DNA of 64,000 nucleotides from an uncultured delta proteobacterium (GTDB lineage Bacteria > Myxococcota > UBA727 > VGSZ01): assembly GCA_963775425.1 (NCBI GenBank), contig CAVZJB010000018.1:64001-128000 (forward strand), read 5' to 3'. The notes under the pieces were generated by a model that was not told the DNA's origin, searched no databases, and saw only the letters and a list, made by a program, of their open reading frames with translations. A program made the translations under genes and the position numbers. The first letter of the stretch is position 1; each line of letters begins with the position of its first letter. Positions 47,106 to 58,430 of the stretch are shown in pieces.

Positions 47106-47834
47106 TCAGCCGGCCTTGATGTGGCGGATGGCGTTCTTCGCGAGGTCGTCCATCGAGTTCAGGATGTTCGACATGGCCTGCTGCATCTGGCTGAGCTTCT
47201 GCATGTCGTACTTGATCTTCTCGAACTCGATGTTGCGGCTCTCCGCGCCGGTGTCCTGGCCGCCCTGGCCGCCCTGGCCGCCCTGCGCCGCCGCGGCCTG
47301 CGCCTGCTGCTGGAGCTTCTCGAGGCGCTGCTCGATCTGCTTTTGGAAGTCCTCGACGACCTTCACCATGATCGCGAAGACCTTGTCCTCGAAGAAGCCG
47401 CCGCCGCCGCCGAGCTGCGCGAGCTGGCCGAGCTGCGCGTCGGCGCCGCCGTCGGCGCCGATGGCGCCGATGCGCGAGGGCGTGCCGATGGTGTTCGCGG
47501 CGAGGGGGTTGAACGCCTGCGCGCTCTGGTTGGCGGCGAGGGTGCCCTGCATCCCGCTGTTGCCGAGGCCGAAGCGCTGCGCGAGCGCGCCGAGCTGCCC
47601 CTGGTCCGTGCTCGCCTTGCGCGCGGTCTGCATCATGAGCTGCTGCAGCTTCGCCTGGTTCGCCGGGTTGTTCTGCAGCGCGCGCTGCATCTGGCCGCTG
47701 TTGATGTACTTGAGGAAGTCGTCGGCGCTGACCTGGCCGTGCTCTTCCTGCTTCTGGAGATCCTCGAGGGCCTGCAGCCCGGCGGGGTCGAGCTGTTTGC
47801 CGAGCTTTTGGGGGACGATTCCTGTGATGGCCAT
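47106..47834 (-). CDS. Gln/Gly-rich helical protein with a T3SS needle/filament-like C-terminus
   Basis: AGGAG RBS, ATG 47834; C-terminus KLSQMQQAMSNILNSMDDLAKNAIRHIK. Confidence 0.65.
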   Translation of the reverse strand: MAITGIVPQKLGKQLDPAGLQALEDLQKQEEHGQVSADDFLKYINSGQMQRALQNNPANQAKLQQLMMQTARKASTDQGQLGALAQRFGLGNSGMQGTLAANQSAQAFNPLAANTIGTPSRIGAIGADGGADAQLGQLAQLGGGGGFFEDKVFAIMVKVVEDFQKQIEQRLEKLQQQAQAAAAQGGQGGQGGQDTGAESRNIEFEKIKYDMQKLSQMQQAMSNILNSMDDLAKNAIRHIKAG

Positions 47835-48132
47835 GGCGAGGCTCCTGCGGAGTTGAGTTACGGGTCGTGTATCGCCGCGCGGCCGGCGTGCGTTTCCGTG
47901 CGAAATCGGGGCATTGCCGTCGCCAAAGGTGCGCACGCTGGCGGGGGATCCTCCCAGGATCGGAGGCCGGCGCCGGATGACGGACAAAAACATCCACCGC
48001 CTGACGGTGGGAGTGACCGCGGGCGCGCCTCGGCGCCGGCGGAGGTCCGTCATCGGGCGGAGCCGGCGTTTGGCGGTGCGCCGGATCTGCGGCGTCGTCA
48101 TCACCCTGCGCGCGCCCGCCGCGGGGTGACGC

Positions 48133-49555
48133 TCAAGCGCGCAGCTTGTCCGCGAGCAGCCGGTTGACGGAGGCGGGGTCCGCCTTGCCCCCCGTCTTGT
48201 TCATCACCTGGCCGACGAAGAAGCCGGCGACCTTCCGCTTGCCGTCCTTGAGCTTCTTCCACTCGGCCGGGTTTTCGCGCACCGCCTCGTCGAGGGCGGC
48301 GGCGATGGCGCCCTCGTCCTTCACCACGCGCCAGCCCTTGTCCTCGACGATGCGCGCCGGGTCGGTGCCGCGCCCGCCCGCGATCTCGGCGAAGACGTCC
48401 TTCGCGATCTTGCCGCTGATGACGCCGTCGTCGACGAGCTTCACGAGCCCCGCCAACGCCGCCCCCGTGATCAGGGGCGCCCGCTCGCCGAGCCCGCCGA
48501 TCACGCGCTCCGGCGCCTCCAGCGCCAGCACCTCGTTCACGATCCAGTTCGCGATGGCCTTGGCGTTGTCGTGTGCCACCAGCGCCTCGTCGAAGAGCGC
48601 CGCCGCCTCCGCCGACACCAGGGCCGCGTCCTGCGCCGACAGTCCGAGCGCCTCGTAGCGCGCCTGCCGCGCCGCCGGCAGCTCCGGCATCTCGCCCTTG
48701 ATGCGCTCGATCTCGGCGTCGTCGATGACGAGGGGCGGCAGGTCGGGGTCGGGGAAGTAGCGGTAGTCGTGCGCCTCTTCCTTGCTGCGCATCGCGCGCG
48801 ACTCGCGCTTGTCCGCGTCCCACAGGCGCGTCTCGAGGACGACGGCGCGGCCGGCCTCGCGCTCGCGCACCTGCCGGATGAATTCGTGCTCGACGGCGGC
48901 GGCGACGAAGCGCGGCGAGTTGATGTTCTTGAGCTCCACGCGCTGGCCGAGCGCGGCGTCGCCCCTCTTGCGCACGCTGACGTTGGCGTCGGCGCGCATG
49001 GAGCCCTCCTGCAGGTTGCCGTCGCAGATGCCGAGGGCCATCACGAGGGTGCGCAGCGTGCGAAACAGCGCCGCGGCCTCGTCGCCCGAGCGCAGGTCGG
49101 GCTCGGTGACCACCTCGAGCAGCGGGGTGCCGGCGCGGTTGTAGTCGATGTAGCTGTGGTCGGTGCCCTCGACGTGCAGCGACTTGCCAGCGTCCTCCTC
49201 GAGGTGCGCGCGGGTGATGCGCACGCCGGCGAGGCTGCCGCCCTCGACGACGGGCTCCTCGTACTGCGAGATTCTGATAGCCCTTGGGCAGGTCCGGATA
49301 GAAGTAGTGCTTGCGGGCGAACGTGCTCCTTTTGCGGATGCGCGCGCCGAGCGCGAGCCCGAGGCGCACCGCGAATTCCACGGCGCGCGCGTTCACCACC
49401 GGCAGCGTCCCGGGCAGCCCGACGTCGACGATGTCCACGTCTTCGTTGGGCGGCTGGCCGAAGCGCACGGGCGCCGGCGAAAACAGCTTGGTCTTCGTGG
49501 CGAGCTGCACGTGGCACTCGAGGCCGACGACGACCTCCCACTCCTCGAGGCTCAT
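48133..49555 (-). CDS. gatB: Asp/Glu-tRNA amidotransferase subunit B, with a single-base frameshift at ~49272
   Basis: [24 protein letters not shown]|[21 protein letters not shown] and GFFVGQVM; one extra A in CAG-AATC. Confidence 0.95.
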
Positions 49556-50367
49556 CAGTGAAAGCCCTGGGCCACGAGCGCGTCGAGCAGCGCGCGCTCG
49601 GTGACGCCGCAGGGGACGCCGTGGTTGTTGCAGGCGACGACCTGGATGTCGCGGCCGAGGCGGCCCTTGAGGTCGGCGACGAAGGCGTCGACGTCGGCGT
49701 CGTCGAGCTGGGGGTTGCCCGCGATGATGACGTCGAAGCTGGTGTTCTCGCTCTCGCGGGGCGTGAGGTCGACGAGGTTTGCGAGCGCGCTGATGTCGGT
49801 GAGGGCGGTGTTGTCGACGATGGCGAGGCCCTTTTGCACGCTGGTGACGCTCTGGAGGCCGTCGAGGCTCGTGACGTTCTCGGTGTCGCCGATGCCGAGG
49901 CCGTCGCCGGTGCGCTGCAGATCGCGGAAGTCGCAGAGGTCGGGGATGTCGACGTTGTCGGGGCCCTGCTTGAAGGTGCGCACCTGGCCCGTGGTGGAGC
50001 GGACGTCCTGGATGAAGGCGAGGTCCTCGGTGCCGCCGATCTCGATCTCGGGCTTGTCCTCGTCCTTGCCCTTGCGCCCGGGCGGGTGCGTGACGGGCGT
50101 GGCGGCGTCGCAGGCGCCGAAGGACGCGAGCGGCGCGCACTTGCCCTTGGCGGCGCCGACGGAGTCGGGCACGCAGACGTGCTCGACGTCGCAGTGCCCG
50201 TCGGCGACGGCGCACACCGCCCCGATGCCGGGCAGGGGGTCCGTGGGCGCGATGCCGCAGCCCCCGGCGAAGACGATGACGACGGCGGCGATCGCGACGG
50301 CGGCGCCGACGACGGGTGCGACGCCGTCGACGGCGCCCGCCCCCTTCGAAGCCGGAGCGCGGCTCAC
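49555..50367 (-). CDS. Lipoprotein with L-domain/LRR-like repeats
   Basis: AGGC lipobox; [27 protein letters not shown] pattern. Confidence 0.65.
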   Translation of the reverse strand: MSRAPASKGAGAVDGVAPVVGAAVAIAAVVIVFAGGCGIAPTDPLPGIGAVCAVADGHCDVEHVCVPDSVGAAKGKCAPLASFGACDAATPVTHPPGRKGKDEDKPEIEIGGTEDLAFIQDVRSTTGQVRTFKQGPDNVDIPDLCDFRDLQRTGDGLGIGDTENVTSLDGLQSVTSVQKGLAIVDNTALTDISALANLVDLTPRESENTSFDVIIAGNPQLDDADVDAFVADLKGRLGRDIQVVACNNHGVPCGVTERALLDALVAQGFH

Positions 50368-51215
50368 TCCGCCTCCGGGAGCAAGAAGCCCGCGGCGAGC
50401 GCGCCGCCGCCGAGGACGGCGACGAGGACGCCGCCGGCGACCGCGAAGCGGCCGATGTTGTTGTAGGCGTCGCGCGCGTCGAGCGCGTCCTTGTGCACCT
50501 GGGCCGCCTTCGCGAGCGCGGCGTCGGTGCCGTCGAACGCGGTGGTGAGGTCGCGCAGCTCGTCCTTCTTGGAACCGTAGACGAGGGCGGGCAGCACGCC
50601 GAGCGCGGCGCCGGCGACGCCGACGGCCGCGCCCACGCCGCCGCCGACCTCGAGGCCGAAGCGCAGGGTGTCGTTGACGGCGAGCGCGGGCTTGTCCGGC
50701 GCGGCCTTCTTCGGCGCCTTGACCTCGACGGGTTTTCCGCCCGTGGCCTTCTCGAGGATGTCGTCGAGGGCGGGGCCGATCTTGTCCGGGAGCTCAGCGA
50801 GGCTCCAGCCCTGCACGCTCGCGCGTCCCTCGCCGCTCGCCACGCGGGCGTCGAAGAGCTGGAGCGCGACGACGATGACGCCGTCGAGCTTCCCCGCGTG
50901 CGTGGACAGGACGAAGTCGGCGCCCATCGCGCCCGCGATCTCCGCGAGGCACGAGGTGCTCCCCTGGTCGCAGCCCATCTGCTGCTTGTCCGCTTCGAGC
51001 GCGGCCATGTCCCGGATGTCCGTCGCCGACGTCACGTCGAGCGTCGGGAAGCGCGCCGCCCGCGCCGCGATGAACGTCGTCAGCGTCTCGGCCTGGCTCT
51101 CTTCGAGGTCCGGCGCGTTGACGTCGAGCACCAGCAGCTTCCAGCGTGCGACGGGGGCGTCGGCGCGCGCTGCCGGGGCGAGCGCGAGGACGACGAGGAG
51201 GGCGAGGGAGCGCAC
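50364..51215 (-). CDS. Exported/membrane protein of unknown function
   Basis: Signal peptide, [13 protein letters not shown] motif, two C-terminal TM segments. Confidence 0.65.
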   Translation of the reverse strand: MRSLALLVVLALAPAARADAPVARWKLLVLDVNAPDLEESQAETLTTFIAARAARFPTLDVTSATDIRDMAALEADKQQMGCDQGSTSCLAEIAGAMGADFVLSTHAGKLDGVIVVALQLFDARVASGEGRASVQGWSLAELPDKIGPALDDILEKATGGKPVEVKAPKKAAPDKPALAVNDTLRFGLEVGGGVGAAVGVAGAALGVLPALVYGSKKDELRDLTTAFDGTDAALAKAAQVHKDALDARDAYNNIGRFAVAGGVLVAVLGGGALAAGFLLPEAE

Positions 51216-51638
51216 GCCCCGTTCCTAGCGGCACCGGTGCCGGCTGCCAACGGACCCCCAAAGGACTGGTCCGCGCCGCCTGGTCCGGCGGCGAGGCCCT
51301 TCCCTGCGGGCGCCCCTGGTCTTCTTCGCGCCGAGAGTGGGCGCAAGAACGCCGGAAAGGTGCCGGTGGCGGGCGCCCTGCGGGAAGGACCTCGCCGCCG
51401 TCCCGGCCGGCGGCGCTCCTTCACGAAGCACGAACGAGCTCGTCGTCGTCCCCGACTGTACGGACCGCGCGCGCCTTGGCCTGCGACTCCGCCTCTCCTC
51501 GCGCCACGCGTACAAGGGGCACCTCACGGAAATCCTCGACCAGACCACAGCGCGTGGCGCTGCGGGAGCCTCCGCCGCCGGCCTGCGGCGCGCGCTCCCC
51601 CGGCCAAGGTGGGGGACGCTGCGACGACCGCTGACCGA

Positions 51639-54600
51639 AATTGCCTGTCATCGAGCTCGCATGTCTGCAAGCTCGCGTACTTCAACTACGCGTCGACGCC
51701 CTGGGAGCTCACGTACGTCCAACGGCCGTTGGTGACCACGAGCGGGAGCGTGCAAATCCGCCCGATCGCGAGCTACACCTGGGATACGTCCGGAAACGTG
51801 GCGACCCACTCGTGGGACCGGCACACGGTCTCCTCGTCGAGCACGCCCTGGTCTTCGTCGATGACTTTCACCGTGAACGGCACGAGCCGGGACTTCGACC
51901 TGGATGCCGCCGGCAACGTGACCGGATGCGCCACGGGCTCATGCGGCATCGACGGCGCGTACGACACGACCTCGGACGGCTACACCCTCGGAAGAACGGC
52001 GAGGCTCGACGTTGACGGCGTCTGGCACTCCGCGGACTACGCAGATGCGTCGGTGGTCACGCGCGGCCCCGTCCTCGTGTGCGAGCTCGTGCCCGACCAG
52101 ACCATGGTGGACCCGCCGACCTGCTCGCTGAGCGGCGACGTGGCGACTTGGGACACGCACACGACGCTGCGCAGCATCGAGCGCAGGTACTACGACTCGC
52201 TGGGCCGCCTCCGGGCGAGCGCGAAATACGACGTCGACGATCCGCTCACCACAACCGGCTCGGTCACGTTTCCCCACCAAGACGACCTCGACGCCGACGC
52301 CAACCCGTTCGCGGCCGGAGAGGCGCCCGAGGACGGCTGCGACACACTGACGACGAGCTTCACGGGCGGCTACTTCGACGTCACCTCGTACGACTACGAC
52401 AGCGACGGGGACGGCCTCACCGGAAACACCAACGAGGGCTCGAGCTCGACGAGCCTCTTCACGGCCCTCCCCGACATGCTCGTCACCCGTGTCACGCGCG
52501 CGGCGCAGTCGTCCGACGACACGACCCAGCGCACCTCCTGCATCGTCTACGAGCGCGCCGAAGACTCGAACAGCAACACCGGTCGAGGTGCGATCACCGG
52601 CATTCGCCGCTACGGCGACGATGGCGCGCTCGTGGCGTACACCGATCTGTCGCATGTGTTCCCGGTGACCTCGGGGGAGACGTACGAGAACGACCGCCTC
52701 TCGGAGATCGTGGCGTATCGCGACACCACGACCAGTCCGGCCAGCGAGTCGCGCGTCGACTGGCAAGCCTGCTCGAGCGATGCCTACGACGAGGTCGACG
52801 GCCACGCGATCTGTTGGGAGGTGCCGCAAGACACCGGGGATCCGATCTCGTTCAGCGAGACCATCACGGCAACGTCGGACACGGAGCCCTACGAGCTTCG
52901 CCGCGTGATGACGGTGAGCGGTGGTGGCACGACGTCCACGAGCTATGCGAACGAGCTCGCGTGGGGCCCGGCCTACGAGCGCGGCGTCGGCGACGGCGTG
53001 TCCGACTCGATCCCCGAGGGGAATTTCGTGCGCTACCCGCGGGACGGCACTTCTTGGGACGCCACCAAGGCGCTCGCCGTCGTGGGCGAGGAGCACTACG
53101 ACTCGACGGGGACACTGCTGTGGAAGACCGTGAGCACACGGAACAGCGGCAAGGATCCCTACGGCCGTGTGACGAACCGGCAGGTGCTGAACGGCACGGG
53201 CCTGGTCTTGCGCTCGAGCCGCGACCGAAACCTCGACACCGGCGCCGCTGGACAAGACCGCGTGAGCTCGGTGGACGACGAAGTCCGGTCGAGCCCTTTC
53301 AGCGAGGTGACGACCAGCTACGCGTACGTGGCCGACAACGATGACCGCCTCGACTACGTCACGGAGGCGGACGGCGACGTCGAGGTGAACACGTATGGCG
53401 AGACTGGCAACGAGACCGGCCGCCTCATCGAGGTGGCGCGTGGCACGAGCGTCTCGGGCGCGGACCCCGTGCAGGACTTCACACACACGCAAGACGGCCT
53501 CCTCTCCGAGAACTACAACTCGCAGCATTCGCAGACCACGCCCGCGTCGACCTACACCTATGACGCGCTGCGAAGACTGATCGCCGAGGACCGCTCGTCG
53601 GCGGGGCAGAGCGTGGAGTACGCGTACCTCGACGCCGGCCACGTCTCCGAGCGGATCGTCAAGGACAACAGCGGCACGATCCGCGCGGACATCTTGACCG
53701 GCTACGACGGGCTGGGCAGGCCCGTCATCGTGGAGGACGGGCTGACCGCGGCGACGCTGCGGGTCTACAAGTGGGACGAGAAGGACAACTCGACCTACGA
53801 GAGCGCGTCGCCTCCCGGCAAGTCGTACACCCTCGATAGCGAGTTCAACCGCGGCCGGCTGGCATACGTGGAGGACGTGCAAGACGGCAACGCGACGTTC
53901 TACCGGTATGACGCTCTTGGCCGGGTGATCAGCGTCGTCCAACACGACGGCCCGCTGTCGTCGTTCAGCGCGTCGAACCTCGTGCCGATCGACTTCTCCT
54001 ACAACGACTCCGGAACGCAGGAGCTCGCCTCGATCACGTATCCTTCGGGCATGGTCGCGACGTACAGCTACGGGAACGACAAGGAGCGGCCGACCGGGGT
54101 CTCCACGTCGCAGGGGGGCTTCAGCCTGACGAACGCCACGTACGAGCCCTCGGGCGCGGTCTCTGGCTGGTATTGGCAGGGGTACTCGTCGAACGCGCGA
54201 ACCATCACGCGGGACCTCCTCGGCCGCACGGCGGAGATCCTGGACAAGTACGCGGGCTCGACGTGGTCAGACGTGAAGTACTACACGACCTACGTCGGCG
54301 ACGGCTATGATGGCGACGGAGACTTGGTCAAGGAGCGCGACGTGTCGTCATCGGACACCTGGCTCAGCCACACGACGAGCGGCAATATGACCCGCAGCTA
54401 CGTCTACAAGGACGTCAGGGATCTGCTGAGCTCCTGGGTCGACGATGGGACGACAGAGACAATCAGCTACGCGGCAGACGGGACGAAGGCGAGCGACTCA
54501 CATGGGTCCTACAGCTACGACTCGACCGACTGGGAGCGCGTGGCGGGCCGCACCGGCGGAAGCATCTCTGCTTCGCTCGACTACACGTGGGACGGGTCCA

Positions 54601-55336
54601 CGGGCGACGTCGCCGGGCTCTTGCGCAGCATCACGTGGTCCGGCGGAATGAGCGGAACGACGACCTTCGGCTATGGCCCGGAGCTCGAGACGACGACGGT
54701 GACGACGTCTGCGGGGACGTATACATCCTCGTACGACGCCGTGAAGAGGCGCGTGGAGCTCCTTGGGCCAACCGGCGCCGTCCAACGCTTCCGATATGGC
54801 GCCGGCAGGCTCCCGCTCGAGGAGACGCTTGCGTCGGGCACCCTGCTGTGGACGCTCGACAACGTCATGTTGGGCAGCGCGCCCGTGGCCCAAGTCGCGA
54901 AGCTGGTCTACGGGACGACGTATGGCCCGACCGCGTACCACCTGCACACGGATAGGATGGGGCTCGTCCGGAAGATCTCGTCGACGAGCGGCGCGCACAT
55001 GCAGCGCTTCATCTCCGACGCTTGGGGCAGCTCTAACTACTCCGGTGCCGACAAGATCACCGATGCCAGCGCGACGCCGAACCCCCTGTGGAACTGGCGA
55101 TACCCTGGGCAGTACGTCGACGCCGGCGGCGTCTACAACGAAGGCTGGCGCGACTACATCCCCGAACTCGGACAGTTCACCGGACCCGACCCGAGCGCGA
55201 TGGGCACCGCGTACCAGCACTTCGGCGCGCAAGCGTTCAGCTACGGGGCGGGCAGGCCGTTCGAAAACGTCGACCCGGATGGGCGTCTTCTGAATAGCGT
55301 CATCGTCGAAGTCGCCGATTCAACCTATAACGAGCC
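51639..55336 (+). pseudogene. Rhs/YD-repeat toxin carrier, lacking an evident N-terminus; C-terminal tip interrupted by an IS
   Basis: YDSLGRL, YDALRRL, YDGLGRP and YDALGRV repeats; core LHTDRMG...RYPGQY...RDY.PELGQF..PDP...DPDG; no start codon or RBS evident. Confidence 0.85.
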
Positions 55337-56940
55337 CGAGGCGGATCCGATCCTGAGCTTGTCGATCGGGCGGCGTGAGGACGCCGGGCCGGCGGTTTCA
55401 GCTTGAGGCAGTTGGTCGCGAGGATCACGCTTATCGGCGAGGTGATCATGCCGCAGTCGAAGAAGCCAAGGAAGGCGCCCCCCACGAAGAAGCCGGTGCG
55501 TGGAAGGCCAGCGATGAGCCCGGAGCGCGCGAAGCTCGTCGACGACATGGTGGAGAAACTGCGGCGCGCCCGCCAGGAGCGCGTGGGGCCGAACGCGACG
55601 TTCGAGCAGCGACGCGACGCTGACTACGAAATCATGAGGGACGCCTTGTGGAAGGCGGAGGACGACGACCTGCGCGAGTTGGTGACGAACGGAGAGGAAG
55701 TCGACGTCGATGGCAAGAAGTTCCGCCGACTTGAGCAGGCCTCGTCGGCGACGTACTTCGGCCGCTTCGGCGCGCATCACATCGAGGAGGCGCTCTATCG
55801 CGCGGTCGGCGTGCACAACGGTCCGACGATCAAGCCGATCGAGCTCCGCGTCGGTATCGTCGAGCAGATGACGCCGGACATGGCGCGCGTCGTCGGTCGC
55901 TTGACCGCGGATCACAACAGCCGCGCGTTGGACCGGACCCTCGTCGCCGTCGGCTACGTTCCACCGAGTCGCGCGTTCCTCCAAGACCACGTGACCCGCA
56001 TCGGCGTCGAGGTCGCAGATGCCGCCGCGGAGCTCGAACAGGCCTCGCGCGACGACGAGGGACCGCCGCGCGGCGTCGCGTCGGTGAGCTGCGGCCTGGA
56101 CCGAATGGCGGTGCGCATGAACGAGATCGTCGACGGCGCGGCGCGCACTCGCGCTGAGCCCTACGAGCGAGCGCCTCCACCGCCGAGCGAGCAGCACTAC
56201 CGCATGGCGTGGGTGGGCAGCACGACGGCCTACGACACGAAGGGCGACGAGCTGGGCACGTGGAGGTGCGCAGTCGAGGCCGACGCCGATCCTGCGCAAC
56301 TCGCCGACCGCGTCGCCGCCGACGTTGTGTGGCTCCTCGATGCCAACCCCCACGCGCGGGTGCACTGTGTTCAAGACGCGGCGCCGGAGCTGAGCGCGCT
56401 GCCCGAAGCCCTCAGCCGCGCGTTGCCGGTAGACGTCGAGGTCGTCGAGCTCGTCGACTTCGAGCACGTCGCCAGGTACCTCGACAACGTCGTCAACGCC
56501 TGCGACCCGGAGGACATTTACGACATGAAGTCGTGGTACCGGAGCGTGTTGCTCGACGACGACAAGGGCATCGACCGCATCCAACACAACCTCCGCCGCC
56601 AGGGCCGGCGGCTCCCCGACGACGATGACAGCGCCACCGCGCGCAAGGCCGTCGCGGCCGCGCTCAGCTACATGCGCGAGCGGAAGAACAAGATGCGATA
56701 CGCCTCGTACTACCGGCAGAACCTGCCGATCGGCAGCGGCGCGACGGAAAGCACGTGCTGGCAGATGCAGCAGCGCGTAAAGCTGCCGGGGCAGTCCTGG
56801 GTGCCCACGGGCCTGCGAGGCGTCCTCGCGATCCGCGCCCTCGTGCTCTCCGAGCGCTGGGATTCGGCGTGGAATCATTACGCGGCATTCCATCGTGCGG
56901 AGGTCAGCATTGCGCCATGATCAGGATCGCATCCGCCTTG
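55337..56940 (+). mobile_element. Complete ISKra4/ISLre2-like insertion sequence (1604 bp)
   Basis: 20-bp terminal IRs with 2 mismatches (CGAGGCGGATCCGATCCTGA / TCAGGATCGCATCCGCCTTG); 9-bp target duplication TAACGAGCC at 55328-55336 and 56941-56949. Confidence 0.9.
55448..56920 (+). CDS. DDE transposase (ISKra4-like)
   Basis: CGLD, VQDAA, VDFEH and LPIGSGATESTC...R.K..G..W motifs. Confidence 0.88.
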   Translation: MPQSKKPRKAPPTKKPVRGRPAMSPERAKLVDDMVEKLRRARQERVGPNATFEQRRDADYEIMRDALWKAEDDDLRELVTNGEEVDVDGKKFRRLEQASSATYFGRFGAHHIEEALYRAVGVHNGPTIKPIELRVGIVEQMTPDMARVVGRLTADHNSRALDRTLVAVGYVPPSRAFLQDHVTRIGVEVADAAAELEQASRDDEGPPRGVASVSCGLDRMAVRMNEIVDGAARTRAEPYERAPPPPSEQHYRMAWVGSTTAYDTKGDELGTWRCAVEADADPAQLADRVAADVVWLLDANPHARVHCVQDAAPELSALPEALSRALPVDVEVVELVDFEHVARYLDNVVNACDPEDIYDMKSWYRSVLLDDDKGIDRIQHNLRRQGRRLPDDDDSATARKAVAAALSYMRERKNKMRYASYYRQNLPIGSGATESTCWQMQQRVKLPGQSWVPTGLRGVLAIRALVLSERWDSAWNHYAAFHRAEVSIAP

Positions 56941-57046
56941 TAACGAGCCAGCGGGTTCATGGTGAGACGAGGTTTGGCACCCCAATCTGCTGGCAAGTAT
57001 GCACTAATGAGACCATCGGGTTTACCGGGACAGCGCGGAGGATCCG

Positions 57047-57841
57047 ATGATACTTCCGTTCCTAGTGATAGCTGTTGGTGCCGCCGCACCCGCGGGGTCG
57101 TACGACTGCCCGTGTTACCGGGCAGAGGTGGGAGTCTACTGCGCTACTAATGTCTATGATTTCTTCCTCAAAGGTAACGGGGACATCATTCCAGGCCATC
57201 TGGATGCGGAACGGCAACTGCGAACCATGTTTCACTCGTTTCCCGGCATCAGATACAGTGTGGATATCACTTTTCCAACGGAAGATACGACGTTCAGTGC
57301 TTCCTCAGAAGGATACTTCCGCTCACTTGGCATTGACACTGGCCTGGCAAGAAGATCAGTTGACCGATCTAGGCGCGAAATACTTGTTGCGGTGCGCGTG
57401 TTAGGCGACGTCTCAGAAGTCCTCGGCACTTCCAAGCAACACTTGGGGCGGCCACGTCCAATTGATGACGTGCCGAAGTGCACAACGTTGGCGGGACTTC
57501 TTGGCTACGAGCCAGACGCAATTTTAATCCCACTTGATAATTGTGCAAATGCCGACAAGGAATGCATTGTTGCGGCGCTCGACGGACGGGAGAATGACAT
57601 CGTTGCAAAAGCGGATCTCGGCCAAGTCGGCGTCCTGTTACGGGGGCCTGATGATCCTGACCTTGCAGACGTCGCTTACTCTGCGATAGAGGAGCGACTC
57701 GGCAATCACAAGAACGTGGTAGTATTGCCAAAAATGAGCGGCGATGCGAAATACATTGTTGTGGTGAAGCTCAAAACACGAACGACATCAGTGAAGCCCA
57801 GAAAGGCCTTCACCGAGACACCTAAGCCACCCTCACGATGA
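57047..57841 (+). CDS. Low-GC exported protein, candidate Rhs immunity protein
   Basis: Visibly AT-richer than the host; signal peptide; immediately downstream of the Rhs tip remnant. Confidence 0.5.
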   Translation: MILPFLVIAVGAAAPAGSYDCPCYRAEVGVYCATNVYDFFLKGNGDIIPGHLDAERQLRTMFHSFPGIRYSVDITFPTEDTTFSASSEGYFRSLGIDTGLARRSVDRSRREILVAVRVLGDVSEVLGTSKQHLGRPRPIDDVPKCTTLAGLLGYEPDAILIPLDNCANADKECIVAALDGRENDIVAKADLGQVGVLLRGPDDPDLADVAYSAIEERLGNHKNVVVLPKMSGDAKYIVVVKLKTRTTSVKPRKAFTETPKPPSR

Positions 57842-57971
57842 ACATCGTGGGTACATGTTTACCGTCCGCGGCGGCGGATCAACGAGCGCCATCGATCGTC
57901 CGCCCGACCCGATCCCGGCTGTGATCGGCACGTCCTCTACCCTCAAAAGCTCGCACGGCTCTTGCCGCAGC

Positions 57972-58120
57972 CTAGTGTCCTGAGCGAGAAGTTCGTTCGC
58001 AATGGCGCCGCACACGATCGAGGATGAGATCGGCTGACGCGGTCCACACGAAGGGCTTTGGGTGTTCATCGCGCGCGGCGAGATATGCCTCGACCGCGCC
58101 TTCCAGCGCGTCGACGAATG
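57972..58120 (-). mobile_element. IS630-family transposase C-terminal remnant
   Basis: EAYLAARDEHPKPFVWTASADLILDRVRR...SGH*, ending at CTAG. Confidence 0.75.
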
Positions 58121-58425
58121 GGTGTGGATCCCATCCTGAGCGGCGGCAAGCTTTCTGGGCGTAGAACGGGTTGAGCGAACACGGGGCAGAGCCCACCCTT
58201 CGGGTGCTTGAAGTCCAACTGGAGGGATGCCCCGTGAAGATGATCGTCGTGGAACTGCCCGCACACCACAAGGGCCTCGCCGACGCTGTTCGCGCCGCGT
58301 CGGCCGAACTGCTCAAGGCCGAGGAGCGCGTCGCGCTTGGCCGCTCGGTCGACCTCGTTCCCATCGAAGAGGCAGCGGCGGAGGCTGCGGCTCGCCTTGA
58401 ACGAGAGCTGCTCGCGTCGTCTCCG
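58121..58425 (+). mobile_element. Left-end remnant of a second ISKra4-like element
   Basis: GGGTGTGGATCCCATCCTGAGC resembles the 55337 left IR; RBS and truncated ORF from 58240 (MIVVELP...). Confidence 0.5.
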
Positions 58426-58430
58426 TCCAC

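Noticed and set aside
50316-51638. N-terminal ~440 aa of the 1696-aa Rhs ORF
   Set aside because: Antisense to the 50364-51215 gene and low-complexity; Rhs-like composition starts near 51640
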